IMG/VR virus record: IMGVR_UViG_3300037312_000757
From: a virus
Lineage: Duplodnaviria; Heunggongvirae; Uroviricota; Caudoviricetes
DNA: 64,000 nucleotides
Reading direction: 5' to 3' (one strand)
Of this stretch, positions 42,689 through 52,334 are shown piece after piece. The notes under the pieces were generated by a model that was not told where the DNA came from, searched no databases, and worked only from the letters and a program-made list of their open reading frames with translations. The position numbers and the translations under genes were made by a program. Position 1 is the stretch's first letter, and each line of letters begins with the position of its first letter.

Positions 42689-42779
42689 ACAAAAGCTTCA
42701 CCTTACATAAAGCATAGCAAATGAATCATTTCAAGTCAAGCACTTAATTCATCTGCTATGCTCTCACATAGCCACCAAA

Positions 42780-42930
42780 TTGCCATAGCAGGAGTGATGC
42801 TGCTACGCGTTACCAGGTCGCTGGACACTGTGACTAGACATCCGGTGGTTTGTTATGCCCAAGGACTGTTACGCCCCCACCGCATTTGCCATTCTGCAGT
42901 CACCAATGACCAGCGTCAAGCATCAATTAC
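42780..42930 (-). ncRNA. rod-like structured RNA
   Basis: Nested TGATGCT/AGCATCA, GGTC/GACC, TGACT/AGTCA, CGGTGG/CCACCG. Confidence 0.5.
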
Positions 42931-42943
42931 CACCTAAAATGAC

Positions 42944-43213
42944 TCATGCATCGTTGTCATAGTAGACGATGAGCTTCGCACCGACAGCTTGCAGTTCCTT
43001 TTCGACACACGCACGGAAGTCGAAACGGCCATCAGCGTAGAGCGCGTAATCATCCTCTTCAGCTTTCTTCACTTGTTCATGAAGCATTCGAGCTTGGGCA
43101 TCAGCTTCGCTGGGAGAAAGCCACGTATTGGGCTCTGCTACAACCGTAACACCGTTGAATGCCTGAAAATCAAGCACCATAAGCGTCTTCGCGTAACCGC
43201 TGCTATTCGACAT
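42944..43213 (-). CDS. hypothetical protein
   Basis: GGGGAAG RBS. Confidence 0.65.
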   Translation of the reverse strand: MSNSSGYAKTLMVLDFQAFNGVTVVAEPNTWLSPSEADAQARMLHEQVKKAEEDDYALYADGRFDFRACVEKELQAVGAKLIVYYDNDA

Positions 43214-43285
43214 TCTCTTCCCCGGTGAGTTATCGTATTCATATGGTAAACGAAGCACAGTTGCCAGTCAAGGTTCTTTGGCACA

Positions 43286-43316
43286 AAAAAGATGCCAGAG
43301 TGCTTGGCACTCTGGC
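43286..43316 (-). terminator. intrinsic terminator
   Basis: gccagagtgc-caa-gcactctggc followed by U tract. Confidence 0.75.
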
Positions 43317-43337
43317 CGCCAATATTTGGCTGTTTTC

Positions 43338-43415
43338 ACGTCTCATCATGAAGAGCCTACCAAGAGGGGGAACAGATGGCAGGTTAACGCTACATCGAGG
43401 AGGGTGATGAGGCGT
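43338..43415 (-). ncRNA. putative sRNA with C-rich loops
   Basis: ACGCCTCATCA/TGATGAGACGT stem; CCCTCCT and TCCCCCTCT single-stranded. Confidence 0.4.
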
Positions 43416-43491
43416 CCCAGTCAGTATGCTACATGCCTTAAATAGGTGCAAACTGCTGACATTTTGATTCTTACAGATGCATTAAAAGTGT

Positions 43492-43593
43492 TTAAACACT
43501 TTTCTTTTTCCTCCAGGACGAAACAGTGAGCGAAAATGCAGAAGCACCAACGACTGCCGTTGCCAACCAAGCAATTGTGATTTTTAGTAACAT
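43492..43593 (-). CDS. small single-TM peptide (33 aa)
   Basis: MLLKITIAWLATAVVGASAFSLTVSSWRKKKSV. Confidence 0.45.
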   Translation of the reverse strand: MLLKITIAWLATAVVGASAFSLTVSSWRKKKSV

Positions 43594-43791
43594 GGCTAAT
43601 AGTTGAATTCTAAGTAATTTCTACATAAACCAGCTTGGAATTATACTTAGAAATTACTGTTTTATGCGTTTTAACGTCAGCCATTGGTAACACTATGTTA
43701 CATAAACGCTTTACGTAACTTTTGCACAACTAAGCAGCCAGTCATAGCGAAGCCGCACTTTTTACAGTGCGGCTGTCAAACAACCGTTTGT

Positions 43792-44013
43792 CTACTTGTG
43801 ACGGAATGTAATGCGACCACGTGACATGTCGTAGGGCGAAATGTCGATCGTGACTTTGTCACCTGGGAGGATGCGGATGTAATTCTGACGAATTCTGCCG
43901 GATACATGACCCAACACAACATGCCCATTCTCGAGCTTCACACGGAACGTAGCATTAGGGAGGTTTTCCACAATCTCACCTTGCATTTGAATCACATCAT
44001 CTTGTTTCGGCAT
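43792..44013 (-). CDS. infA: translation initiation factor IF-1
   Basis: [39 protein letters not shown]. Confidence 0.95.
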   Translation of the reverse strand: MPKQDDVIQMQGEIVENLPNATFRVKLENGHVVLGHVSGRIRQNYIRILPGDKVTIDISPYDMSRGRITFRHK

Positions 44014-44033
44014 TTGTCCTCAGAATGAAAAAT

Positions 44034-44111
44034 TGGAGCGTGTGACAGGATTCGAACCTATGGTTTTACTGCTTTGCAGGCAGTTGCCTTGGACCACTCG
44101 GCCACACACGC
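44034..44111 (-). tRNA. tRNA-Cys(GCA)
   Basis: Loop CTGCAAA. Confidence 0.9.
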
Positions 44112-44201
44112 ATCGTGAACTGCTATTATGAATCTTTGTTGCCACTAAGTCAACTACTTTTGTGCAGCCAAGCTATTAACCTGGCTGCACTTGGTTACTG
44201 C

Positions 44202-45275
44202 TTAGAACGCGCCGTAGTCGAAATACTTCGGCTGAACACGCTTCATCAGCAACTTGTATTCGCCGTCGCCGAACAAGAACGTTCCAGCTTGAGCATCAAC
44301 CTTCAGCAGGTTCGATTGGTTGAACTCAACGCACTCCCATTCCCAGTCGTCACGGTCATCGCTGCCCTTGTCGTCGTAGAAGTTGATCGAGATGTCATCT
44401 TCCGGCGACAGCGGGTTGCCGTTCCATTCCTTGCCGTGAATGCGATCGTCCGGCACTTCCTTGTCACCACGGAACAGCTTGACATCGAACTTCGAACCAC
44501 CGTCGAATTCCGGCGAAGCGTTCAGCATACGCAGCGCTTCTTGCGGTGTTTCACCGTAGCGGTTCATTTCTTCGACCAGTGCCTTCAGCATGTCGAAGTT
44601 GAATTCGCGGAACAGTGCTGCGATCTCGCAAATCTTGTTGATGAACTGCTTGTTCTGCAGGTTGTCCTGGCAGTATTCCGTGATGAAGTCTGCACCCAGG
44701 CCCTTGAAGTTCAACATGTAGTAGATACGACCCGGACGGTTGCGCATGTGGCTGTCAACACGGAACTTGTCATTGCACGTGAGCACGAACAGCTTCTTGC
44801 TAGGGAATACTCCGTCCAGCAGCGTCAGGATTTCTTCCTGATCATCGCGATCATACACTTTCTCGAACTCGTCGAACAGCACCATGCAAGGCTGGCTGAT
44901 GTCTTGCAGGAACTTATTGAAGGCATCACCCTTCCAAGGCGTGTTGATCACGATCGTCGGAATGTCCAGGGCCGCACATTCGATCGACAGCGTCTTCGCG
45001 AGCAGCGACTTGCCAGAACCCTTTTCACCAGCAAGCATGACGCCAGTGCTGACCGTGCGTTCACGGAACGTATTGATGATACGACCAGCATTCTTAGTCG
45101 TATCGCCGTACAGCTTCTTGAGCGGCGTGAAGCCGTCGATCATCTCGAGATACAGCGCACCAGTCATCGGGTTTTGCTTGATGATGTAGTTGCCGGCGGG
45201 CAGCTTCTCGTGAATGTCCAGGGAATTCGAATCAGAAACGTTGAACGTGTTGCCGTTACGGATGAAATATGACAT
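44202..45275 (-). CDS. AAA+ ATPase
   Basis: GEKGSGKS Walker A, VLFDEFEK Walker B, RPGR. Confidence 0.88.
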   Translation of the reverse strand: MSYFIRNGNTFNVSDSNSLDIHEKLPAGNYIIKQNPMTGALYLEMIDGFTPLKKLYGDTTKNAGRIINTFRERTVSTGVMLAGEKGSGKSLLAKTLSIECAALDIPTIVINTPWKGDAFNKFLQDISQPCMVLFDEFEKVYDRDDQEEILTLLDGVFPSKKLFVLTCNDKFRVDSHMRNRPGRIYYMLNFKGLGADFITEYCQDNLQNKQFINKICEIAALFREFNFDMLKALVEEMNRYGETPQEALRMLNASPEFDGGSKFDVKLFRGDKEVPDDRIHGKEWNGNPLSPEDDISINFYDDKGSDDRDDWEWECVEFNQSNLLKVDAQAGTFLFGDGEYKLLMKRVQPKYFDYGAF

Positions 45276-45340
45276 TTCGTTATAGTTGTGTTGTTTGCGA
45301 CGAGTCACATTGTACGTATGGCAACCTTGCTGTAAAGCCT

Positions 45341-45523
45341 TTATTGCCACTTTGTTGTAAACGTGGCAACCTGCTTCTTTATACGAATGACGATCTCGCC
45401 CGATTCTTCAGTGACTCGCATGTCGACTTTCATATTCACTTTGATGCCAAACTGTTCGCACACTTGTCGAGGAATACGTAGAGCTAGGCTGTTTCCCCAT
45501 TGACGAATGAACGATGAGAACAT
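45341..45523 (-). CDS. AbrB/MazE-like DNA-binding protein (orphan antitoxin-like)
   Basis: IRQWGNSLALRIP... Confidence 0.8.
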   Translation of the reverse strand: MFSSFIRQWGNSLALRIPRQVCEQFGIKVNMKVDMRVTEESGEIVIRIKKQVATFTTKWQ

Positions 45524-45640
45524 TTGCACTCCCTGGTTGAATGTAAGAGTCATGGTAAGCCTTCCATGGTACATTCAACACTAGGCTCAGATGCAGAAAG
45601 AGCACCGCTTGGGTGCTCTTTGGTGACGCGTTATGAACGC

Positions 45641-45964
45641 TTACAGATAATCGCGGCGCGTTGACGATCTGATAAAACCACGAACAGGAGCGCCCTGATT
45701 GAATCGATAATTTGCAACTCGCCAACGTGCAGCCGCATTCTTGGGACCATGATCCCATGCGAAATGCAAAGCACCGTGAAACCTGATCTTGAACTGTGCA
45801 TTCAATGGCAACACTTTGCCAGTTCTCAAATCAGTGTGTAAACGTGATTTGTGCCGATCTCTGACGTTACTGTAATAATATCGAACAATCCCATTGGCTC
45901 TAGCTAATGAGATGCGATACCTAGTGCTCTTCGAACACCCGTCAGGCCTCAGGTACTTACTCAC
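45641..45964 (-). CDS. hypothetical protein
   Basis: ATGA-type overlap with upstream ORF. Confidence 0.55.
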   Translation of the reverse strand: MSKYLRPDGCSKSTRYRISLARANGIVRYYYSNVRDRHKSRLHTDLRTGKVLPLNAQFKIRFHGALHFAWDHGPKNAAARWRVANYRFNQGAPVRGFIRSSTRRDYL

Positions 45965-46281
45965 AGTTCACCCTTGAAATCGAAATACAGATCAGTTGGA
46001 TCAGGTTTCTTCCAGTTCAAGATCTGGCCTATTTCAATGTCAATGACAAACCGTACATAGTCGCCACCACCCAGATTGATGCCATGCATCATGCCGTTAG
46101 TTTCGCTGCGCATCACTTCCCGACCATCAGCATCCTTGCCGATGATCGTCGCCATATCGCTGCATTTGGCATTGATGGTAAGCGTCTTGATGGTTGCAGC
46201 TTTGTTGCGGCCATCGACTTCTTCATCAGCTTGCAATTCTTCACCACGCTCTTCATCAAAATCGTTTTCAAACATTCCCAT
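45961..46281 (-). CDS. hypothetical protein
   Basis: GGGDYV.F.ID..GQI.NW phage motif. Confidence 0.7.
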   Translation of the reverse strand: MGMFENDFDEERGEELQADEEVDGRNKAATIKTLTINAKCSDMATIIGKDADGREVMRSETNGMMHGINLGGGDYVRFVIDIEIGQILNWKKPDPTDLYFDFKGEL

Positions 46282-46283
46282 GA

Positions 46284-47939
46284 TTACCCCACGTGTTCAG
46301 CCATCTTGTCCAGGTCGATCAGTGCAACCTGCAGATCGCCATTATATGACAAACGGATCTGCACGCCCGTCGCAATGTCTTTCACTGCGAATGCAACTTG
46401 CAAATCGCCCTTACCGCGCTTGATGTCAGCCTTGTCGATGCTTGCTACTGCTTCATCAATCTCGGCTTTTTCGTTTGCCAGCAGTTCACCATCCCAATCA
46501 CGATCGTCCTTGTTGAAGACGACCACCGCGGTGAATTCTTCCAGCTTTTTCTTCTTCTCGAGATCCGAATACACTTGGCGAACACCACTGCCATACTTCA
46601 CAGTCAATTCACGCAGTGACCATGAACGCTTGAGCGAATTGACAAGGTCAATCTTGCGAACCACTTGCTTGGTCGTTTTGTCAATCTCGTGAATCTCCCA
46701 CGTATCAGGAATGTCAAACTTCTTCGGACCACCAGTGTAATAGTTGTCGTATCGATCGTTACCTGGCAGATTGTGGTAGTACCCGCTCCATTCCATCACT
46801 GCACGACGCACGTCAGCAAGACGCTTCCAGTTCTTGCAGCCCTTCGGGCCTTTGTTTGAATATTCTATCGAATACTGCCAGGTATAATACTGCCCGCTCA
46901 GGACATGTTCTGCACCGTCGCTCTTGTAATACTTCTGCGTAGCAGTATCGAAAATGTAGTAGACCGGAATCACGTCCTTCGGATCGATGTTCACCGTGCC
47001 ATCTGCATTGGTGGTCGGTTGAGCAGTCAGAATGCGTTCGACTTTGCCATTCACATCAGACAGTCGTGCCCATTTCTGGTTAATGCCGTCGAACTTGATT
47101 CTGCACCAGATACCTTTTGTCCAACCAGGACCATACGTTCCAGCCTTTTCTTCCATCTTGAATTCGGTACCAACAGGAATCACATCACCGAGATCATCTT
47201 CGATAGTCGTGACTGGATAGACGTGGCCATGCGGGTTGGTCACTTGCTTGGTGGTGATTTTCGGCAGCTTGATTTCGGTCGTGACTTTCCACGTGGTGCC
47301 TGGAACGAACACTTGACGGAACGTGGGACCCTTGCTCGTGGACTCCTTGCGTGCTTTTGGTGCATCCGCCTTCTCGATGTCATCTACGTGAACAGCTTTC
47401 AGACCATCCGCGTAACGGAAATACAGGCCAAGCTTTGCTCCCACTGGTGCTTCGTGGCCAAGAACAAACCAGCTTGCCGTCTTGCCCTTGTACTTGCGTG
47501 CTACTTTCGTCACATTGATACGATCTTTGTGATTAAACAAATCGTATGCGTTGTTGTACCAATTGGGATTGGTTTCGACGTACTCAAGCAACAGCCCACC
47601 AGCTTCGACTTCAAAATGCTCGTCGTCTTGAATGTCGGTGCCGTCCGGCCATTTGGCCGTTTCTGATACTACTTGGTTGTTGATGAAGTAGATGTACTTG
47701 TCACCAGTCGCCGCCGAACGTCGACACCAGCGCATGTCAAGTGGAACGGAACTTTTGATGATCGCTTGCAGGTTGCGCGGGATCTGATGTTCGCGATACT
47801 GGTCACGATATTCAAGCACCATGTCTTCCTGCAGAGTTTCCGCAGTCCAAGTGCAAGTGTGAAGACCATAGTTACTTGCGTCAGCCACAAAGACAACCGA
47901 ACCAGCGGGAAGCTTCATGACTTGAATCGTGGCGCCCAT
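46284..47939 (-). CDS. hypothetical protein (551 aa)
   Basis: Long ORF, GGAG RBS. Confidence 0.8.
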   Translation of the reverse strand: MGATIQVMKLPAGSVVFVADASNYGLHTCTWTAETLQEDMVLEYRDQYREHQIPRNLQAIIKSSVPLDMRWCRRSAATGDKYIYFINNQVVSETAKWPDGTDIQDDEHFEVEAGGLLLEYVETNPNWYNNAYDLFNHKDRINVTKVARKYKGKTASWFVLGHEAPVGAKLGLYFRYADGLKAVHVDDIEKADAPKARKESTSKGPTFRQVFVPGTTWKVTTEIKLPKITTKQVTNPHGHVYPVTTIEDDLGDVIPVGTEFKMEEKAGTYGPGWTKGIWCRIKFDGINQKWARLSDVNGKVERILTAQPTTNADGTVNIDPKDVIPVYYIFDTATQKYYKSDGAEHVLSGQYYTWQYSIEYSNKGPKGCKNWKRLADVRRAVMEWSGYYHNLPGNDRYDNYYTGGPKKFDIPDTWEIHEIDKTTKQVVRKIDLVNSLKRSWSLRELTVKYGSGVRQVYSDLEKKKKLEEFTAVVVFNKDDRDWDGELLANEKAEIDEAVASIDKADIKRGKGDLQVAFAVKDIATGVQIRLSYNGDLQVALIDLDKMAEHVG

Positions 47940-48012
47940 GCATTCTCTCCGTGCATTGAAAACGCCATTTTACAACCTTTTGGTTCCACGAGTGCCACAA
48001 AGTGGCAAATAC

Positions 48013-48282
48013 CTACATCTCAGTTGAAAGCTTGATTACACGCTGCCCAAGATCTGCTAGAACGACCATGCGAAACGTACTGTTAGCATTCGCTTGATAC
48101 TTGGTGACACTTTTCTCGCTATCATGTGTCTTGTAATCAAATCGAAACTCTTTACATATGATACGATCCAAACTGTTCATGACATCCAGAAACTGCTGCG
48201 TCGTATCGAAGTACCATACAACGGACTGCATACTGGAACACTGTGGCATGCAGGTGATACGCTTTGTTATCTTCCCCAACAT
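48013..48282 (-). CDS. hypothetical protein, possible degenerate FKL-family member
   Basis: Ends MVVLADLGQRVIKL. Confidence 0.4.
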   Translation of the reverse strand: MLGKITKRITCMPQCSSMQSVVWYFDTTQQFLDVMNSLDRIICKEFRFDYKTHDSEKSVTKYQANANSTFRMVVLADLGQRVIKLSTEM

Positions 48283-48416
48283 TGGTCCCTCCGCTCAGTA
48301 ATTTGTACGTTAGCGCACTTATTTTACAGTCATACTAAAGTAAATGTGTTGCATAAACGCAAAAAGGTTTTACCTATTAACTCAAAAAAGCCAATAGGTA
48401 AAACCTTTCTATTTTC

Positions 48417-48818
48417 TTACCAAGCGCTGCTAACCAACTTAAACGCCACCGCGTCCACATCATTATCGATCTGCACAATCACGCGCATCATCTTGCATCC
48501 AATGTTGATGAGTTTATTGTTGTCCCTATTCATCAACTGTATCTGTGCTGATGCATCGATCCAGAACAGCTTTGCACCGTCGTAAATGTTGCTTGCTATA
48601 TGGTTGTAACGCAAGTTTGTGTATTTGGAATGGTCAAAATAACCATCCATTTGGTCAAATGCTTCTTTCTGGTTCCGACACGGTGACCAAATACGTTCGC
48701 ATTCGGTGTAATTTGAATCAAGCCATGTTACTGCTTCTTCAAACAACTTGCTCAAATACTCTTCTTGTTGAACCTGCGAGCCATTCGCTTTAAAGGTGAA
48801 CAGATTCGGTGCCGTCAT
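48417..48818 (-). CDS. FKL-family paralog 1
   Basis: WLDSN; VIVQIDNDVDAVAFKL. Confidence 0.8.
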   Translation of the reverse strand: MTAPNLFTFKANGSQVQQEEYLSKLFEEAVTWLDSNYTECERIWSPCRNQKEAFDQMDGYFDHSKYTNLRYNHIASNIYDGAKLFWIDASAQIQLMNRDNNKLINIGCKMMRVIVQIDNDVDAVAFKLVSSAW

Positions 48819-49176
48819 AACTGAGTTTAAAAAGAACCGCGTCTTCGCTATTTGGAAATTCAATCACCACATCATAATAGGTGTCATCACGAATGATGAA
48901 TTCATTCGTTCGTTGGGTGTTCCAAACATTGTAATTATTGCCTCGATTGACTTCTAAGAAAACAATCTCTCCTTCCAAGTTCAATCCCTTTGAGATTTCA
49001 TGAAACTCGGATAGTAATGAATAATATATATTTTTCTGCGAAGATCTGGCTCCCCAGATTCCAGGGTCAACACGACCATACTGTTCACCCAACTTTTTCA
49101 AGGTGAAATTCAGAAAATCTGAATGAATCCTGTTTTCTTTAGGATACTCATGTGTATAGCAAACTACATTTCTCAT
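48790..49176 (-). CDS. FKL-family paralog 2
   Basis: VVIEFPNSEDAVLFKL. Confidence 0.8.
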   Translation of the reverse strand: MRNVVCYTHEYPKENRIHSDFLNFTLKKLGEQYGRVDPGIWGARSSQKNIYYSLLSEFHEISKGLNLEGEIVFLEVNRGNNYNVWNTQRTNEFIIRDDTYYDVVIEFPNSEDAVLFKLSYDGTESVHL

Positions 49177-49535
49177 AGTGCTAACTTCAATGCCACCCCG
49201 TTGCTGACATCCTTTACTTCAATAATGATCAGTCGCTCACGCGACTTACTCTTCCCGCCATAACCTTGCAACCATAGCATCCGCCATTCTTCATTGTTGC
49301 CGGTAACACAAGTGATATGATCAACAGTAACATCATCGAAGTCCTGCGGTATCTGAAGAATATGCTTCAACATGATATCGTAATACAACGAATGAAACTT
49401 CAACTTCTCGTTGTCATCATCAAAATACGCATATGCCTGCACGTTGTCATTCATCGGCGAAACATTGGTAGTAAGCCACTCCCGAGCAGCGTACCAAATA
49501 TCCAGGTTGGTATTCTCAATTATTATTCTATTCAT
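49173..49535 (-). CDS. FKL-family paralog 3
   Basis: WLTTN; IIIEVKDVSNGVALKL. Confidence 0.8.
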   Translation of the reverse strand: MNRIIIENTNLDIWYAAREWLTTNVSPMNDNVQAYAYFDDDNEKLKFHSLYYDIMLKHILQIPQDFDDVTVDHITCVTGNNEEWRMLWLQGYGGKSKSRERLIIIEVKDVSNGVALKLAL

Positions 49536-49924
49536 AATACGCTCAACTTGAATGCTACCGCATTTGTGTCATCGTAAATGATGGCAATGACATGGTAAAA
49601 GTCCTTCATGTACCCCGTACATGTATAACGACCATAATGTTCAACGTCCCATCGTTCAAACTTCTCACGATACTCAACGTACCACAACTCCCCATCACCA
49701 CTGCTTATTTTCGTACAATGCCATATTGTAACACCATCGTTGAATCTATCCTGGTACTCTGCAGCCACTTCACGAACATTCGGTGTATCCTGTGGTCGAT
49801 ACTGATAATCAACATCCCATCTGCGATCATCATATGACCCATTGGCAATGAACCACTCATGACCATTCTTGAAGAGCGGATACACATCCGTCACTGCCTC
49901 ACTCTTCAGATTGATTACTTCCAT
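49532..49924 (-). CDS. FKL-family paralog 4
   Basis: IAIIYDDTNAVAFKL. Confidence 0.8.
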   Translation of the reverse strand: MEVINLKSEAVTDVYPLFKNGHEWFIANGSYDDRRWDVDYQYRPQDTPNVREVAAEYQDRFNDGVTIWHCTKISSGDGELWYVEYREKFERWDVEHYGRYTCTGYMKDFYHVIAIIYDDTNAVAFKLSVL

Positions 49925-50265
49925 GAAATTTTAGGTAACTCGAATTCACTACTGATTAACTTGAATCGAACTAATTCAATCTCAGAACCATATACGTAAA
50001 TCCGGCGAAAGAACTGGTTAGGAACACCATTCGGTTCCTTCTGCTTACTGATCACTCGCCATACTTCAATGTCACCACATCGAAATCCCATACAGTCGGA
50101 TGGTTTCCAATAGTCAGGTAAATCAGATATCTTGCTCAATGGGAATTCAGTTTGCATTAGATCCACACACTTACCATCACCATGCTCCCTGTACCAATCT
50201 TCAGCCATTAAGAAGAAGAACATGGTCCGTGTACCAGTCTCAAATCCAATTTCGATCTTGTCCAT
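49915..50265 (-). CDS. FKL-family paralog 5
   Basis: IYVYGSEIELVRFKL. Confidence 0.75.
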   Translation of the reverse strand: MDKIEIGFETGTRTMFFFLMAEDWYREHGDGKCVDLMQTEFPLSKISDLPDYWKPSDCMGFRCGDIEVWRVISKQKEPNGVPNQFFRRIYVYGSEIELVRFKLISSEFELPKISWK

Positions 50266-50369
50266 TATTTCAACGAATAATTCATGGAGGTTAATTACTT
50301 TTATCTAATGACTACCTGGGATCAATAGAGGAAAGTAATCAAACCCAGGTAGAACTCTACGAACTTGCC
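50263..50369. repeat. triplicated intergenic element, copy 2
   Basis: Matches 6394 and 54165. Confidence 0.85.
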
Positions 50370-50704
50370 AACTTATACATCACAGCATCAACATCATTCT
50401 GGAATAGCAGAACGGCACGATACTTGAACATTGGGTTACTACCTTGGTAATAGTATGTGACCTTTAATACTCGATACTCTTCACCTTCCCATAACGAAAT
50501 CAAGAAAGCGTTATCTGTGGGGATGCCACTATCGTTCAGCTTCTGCATCATCTCCCCAGTGTTGAATCCCGACAGATCGTCGTTATGCGTATTGCACCAT
50601 TTTTCTTTTGATAGAACGTATTGACGATGTAGATATTCGAGCCATTCACTTAGCGTGTGTTCAACAGCACTACTGTCTTCCGCGTGGCACTCGAATCTTT
50701 TCAT
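50357..50704 (-). CDS. FKL-family paralog 6
   Basis: VLLFQNDVDAVMYKL. Confidence 0.8.
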   Translation of the reverse strand: MKRFECHAEDSSAVEHTLSEWLEYLHRQYVLSKEKWCNTHNDDLSGFNTGEMMQKLNDSGIPTDNAFLISLWEGEEYRVLKVTYYYQGSNPMFKYRAVLLFQNDVDAVMYKLASS

Positions 50705-51045
50705 GGCATCATCAACTTAAAAGCGACCGCATCAGCATCTGAGATGGGAAACTTGAACTGAACAATAAACGGATATGCGGTTTTATAGGTGATTTCGTTC
50801 TCGAGGTTGTACAGCAGAATTTGCCATTTATCAGCGTCTAGCACATAAACACTCGTGATGCGCATATCTGGGTCAGATGGTAAGAACGATTTGTATTTGT
50901 CAAGTCGCATCTGAGCGTGAGCATCAAACGTGAATCTCGAATATGAATATTCTTGTGTATGCGCACCATACGCATCAGTCAATAGGCTCAATGCCTTTTG
51001 TGCTTTCTCTTGTGCTAGAACAGCGTCTGGAAAGTAAATTCTCAC
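50701..51045 (-). CDS. FKL-family paralog 7
   Basis: FPISDADAVAFKL. Confidence 0.8.
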   Translation of the reverse strand: MRIYFPDAVLAQEKAQKALSLLTDAYGAHTQEYSYSRFTFDAHAQMRLDKYKSFLPSDPDMRITSVYVLDADKWQILLYNLENEITYKTAYPFIVQFKFPISDADAVAFKLMMP

Positions 51046-51443
51046 AGCATCTCCAGCTTGCAGAGAATCGCCAGTTGTTCATCATCAATCACAACAAACA
51101 CATGATTGTGGTAAGACCGACCATTACCATCACCTCTATCTTTGATAACGTATCGCTCCCACCCAGGAGCCGAATCGTAGATTACCGTATGCAGCTTTGC
51201 AAAGTCGTAGTCGTCATCAGCAATGACGGGACGCAGCTTGTCTACGACCGTTTTGAAGTCGGTTTGAGTGCCTTCACCAATGAAAGAATATCGTTCCTTC
51301 TTGGGCTCGTACGCGTGAAAATAGCATTCATTCCGGTGGTTGAACTTGTAATAACCCTTACCCTCACTGATGTTGGTATAGAGCCACTGATCCAGATCTG
51401 TCAGCAGGGTATTGGTGCCTTTTTGGAATACAATCTTATTCAT
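51042..51443 (-). CDS. FKL-family paralog 8
   Basis: WLYTN, APGW, VVIDDEQLAILCKL. Confidence 0.8.
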   Translation of the reverse strand: MNKIVFQKGTNTLLTDLDQWLYTNISEGKGYYKFNHRNECYFHAYEPKKERYSFIGEGTQTDFKTVVDKLRPVIADDDYDFAKLHTVIYDSAPGWERYVIKDRGDGNGRSYHNHVFVVIDDEQLAILCKLEML

Positions 51444-51912
51444 TTGCCATCAGCTTGAATGCCACCGCGTCGCTCGGATCATCAAACGCAATCATGATGC
51501 GATACATATCACGTCTGTAATTGTCAAAACGGAGTTCTGAGCTTTCATTTTCGTTATAGACAAGTATGAGACGACGCCATTTGGTCGTAATGTCGTGACC
51601 TATATAGTACACGCTTTCGAGCCAGTTGTCTTTGGCATCTTGATAATAATGGCAAACTTCATCCTCTAGCACTTGCCATTCCACCAATGATTCTTCTGGT
51701 GTCTTTTGGACATCAAGTTCCTTGAAATCCTCATCACGCCCAAGACGTTGTTTGTACTGGGTGTAACGTATTTCGCCATCAACTTTGTTCAGCAGATAAT
51801 ACGTATCGGTTGAGTCGAGTTGAAGCAGCAAATTCTCCAACCTTTCCAATGCATCACGGAACTCGAAAACATCACGATACTCATACTTGATTGCGTATGG
51901 TTTGTACATCAC
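51436..51912 (-). CDS. FKL-family paralog 9
   Basis: MIAFDDPSDAVAFKL. Confidence 0.8.
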   Translation of the reverse strand: MMYKPYAIKYEYRDVFEFRDALERLENLLLQLDSTDTYYLLNKVDGEIRYTQYKQRLGRDEDFKELDVQKTPEESLVEWQVLEDEVCHYYQDAKDNWLESVYYIGHDITTKWRRLILVYNENESSELRFDNYRRDMYRIMIAFDDPSDAVAFKLMANE

Positions 51913-52334
51913 ATCCTCAACTTAAATTCGATTGCGTCGAGTTCGTTGTCGAACTCGTATACCACGTATGCTAGACCTTCACCTGTATTCTTGCAAAACC
52001 AGTATCGTTGCCACCCGGGTCCGTTGTCATACATCATGTCGTTGAATTCACAAAACTGACTAAGATGTTCACCAACCAATGCCAAACATCTATTGCTAAA
52101 TTCAACCGCATCAGCATCTGTTGTTAGAGCGACTTCTGATCGAAGGGTAGCGTCGATAATGGTGTTTGAGTCTGGTTCAATCTTGTAGGTGCAAAACCGT
52201 GAACTATCCATGTAACGAAGAACTATACGAGTATGGCCTACTGCAAAAAGCACTTTGTCAGACCTGCGGATTTCTTTCCACATTTCGTTATTGGCGAAAT
52301 GGCCGTCGAATGTCTTTACGATTTTTGTTGTCAC
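51909..52334 (-). CDS. FKL-family paralog 10
   Basis: GPGW, YEFDNELDAIEFKL. Confidence 0.8.
   Translation of the reverse strand: MTTKIVKTFDGHFANNEMWKEIRRSDKVLFAVGHTRIVLRYMDSSRFCTYKIEPDSNTIIDATLRSEVALTTDADAVEFSNRCLALVGEHLSQFCEFNDMMYDNGPGWQRYWFCKNTGEGLAYVVYEFDNELDAIEFKLRM

Noticed and set aside
4942-44111. Suppressor or selenocysteine tRNA / genetic recoding
   Set aside because: I saw no CTA, TTA or TCA anticodon, and ORFs end normally at TAA, TAG and TGA.
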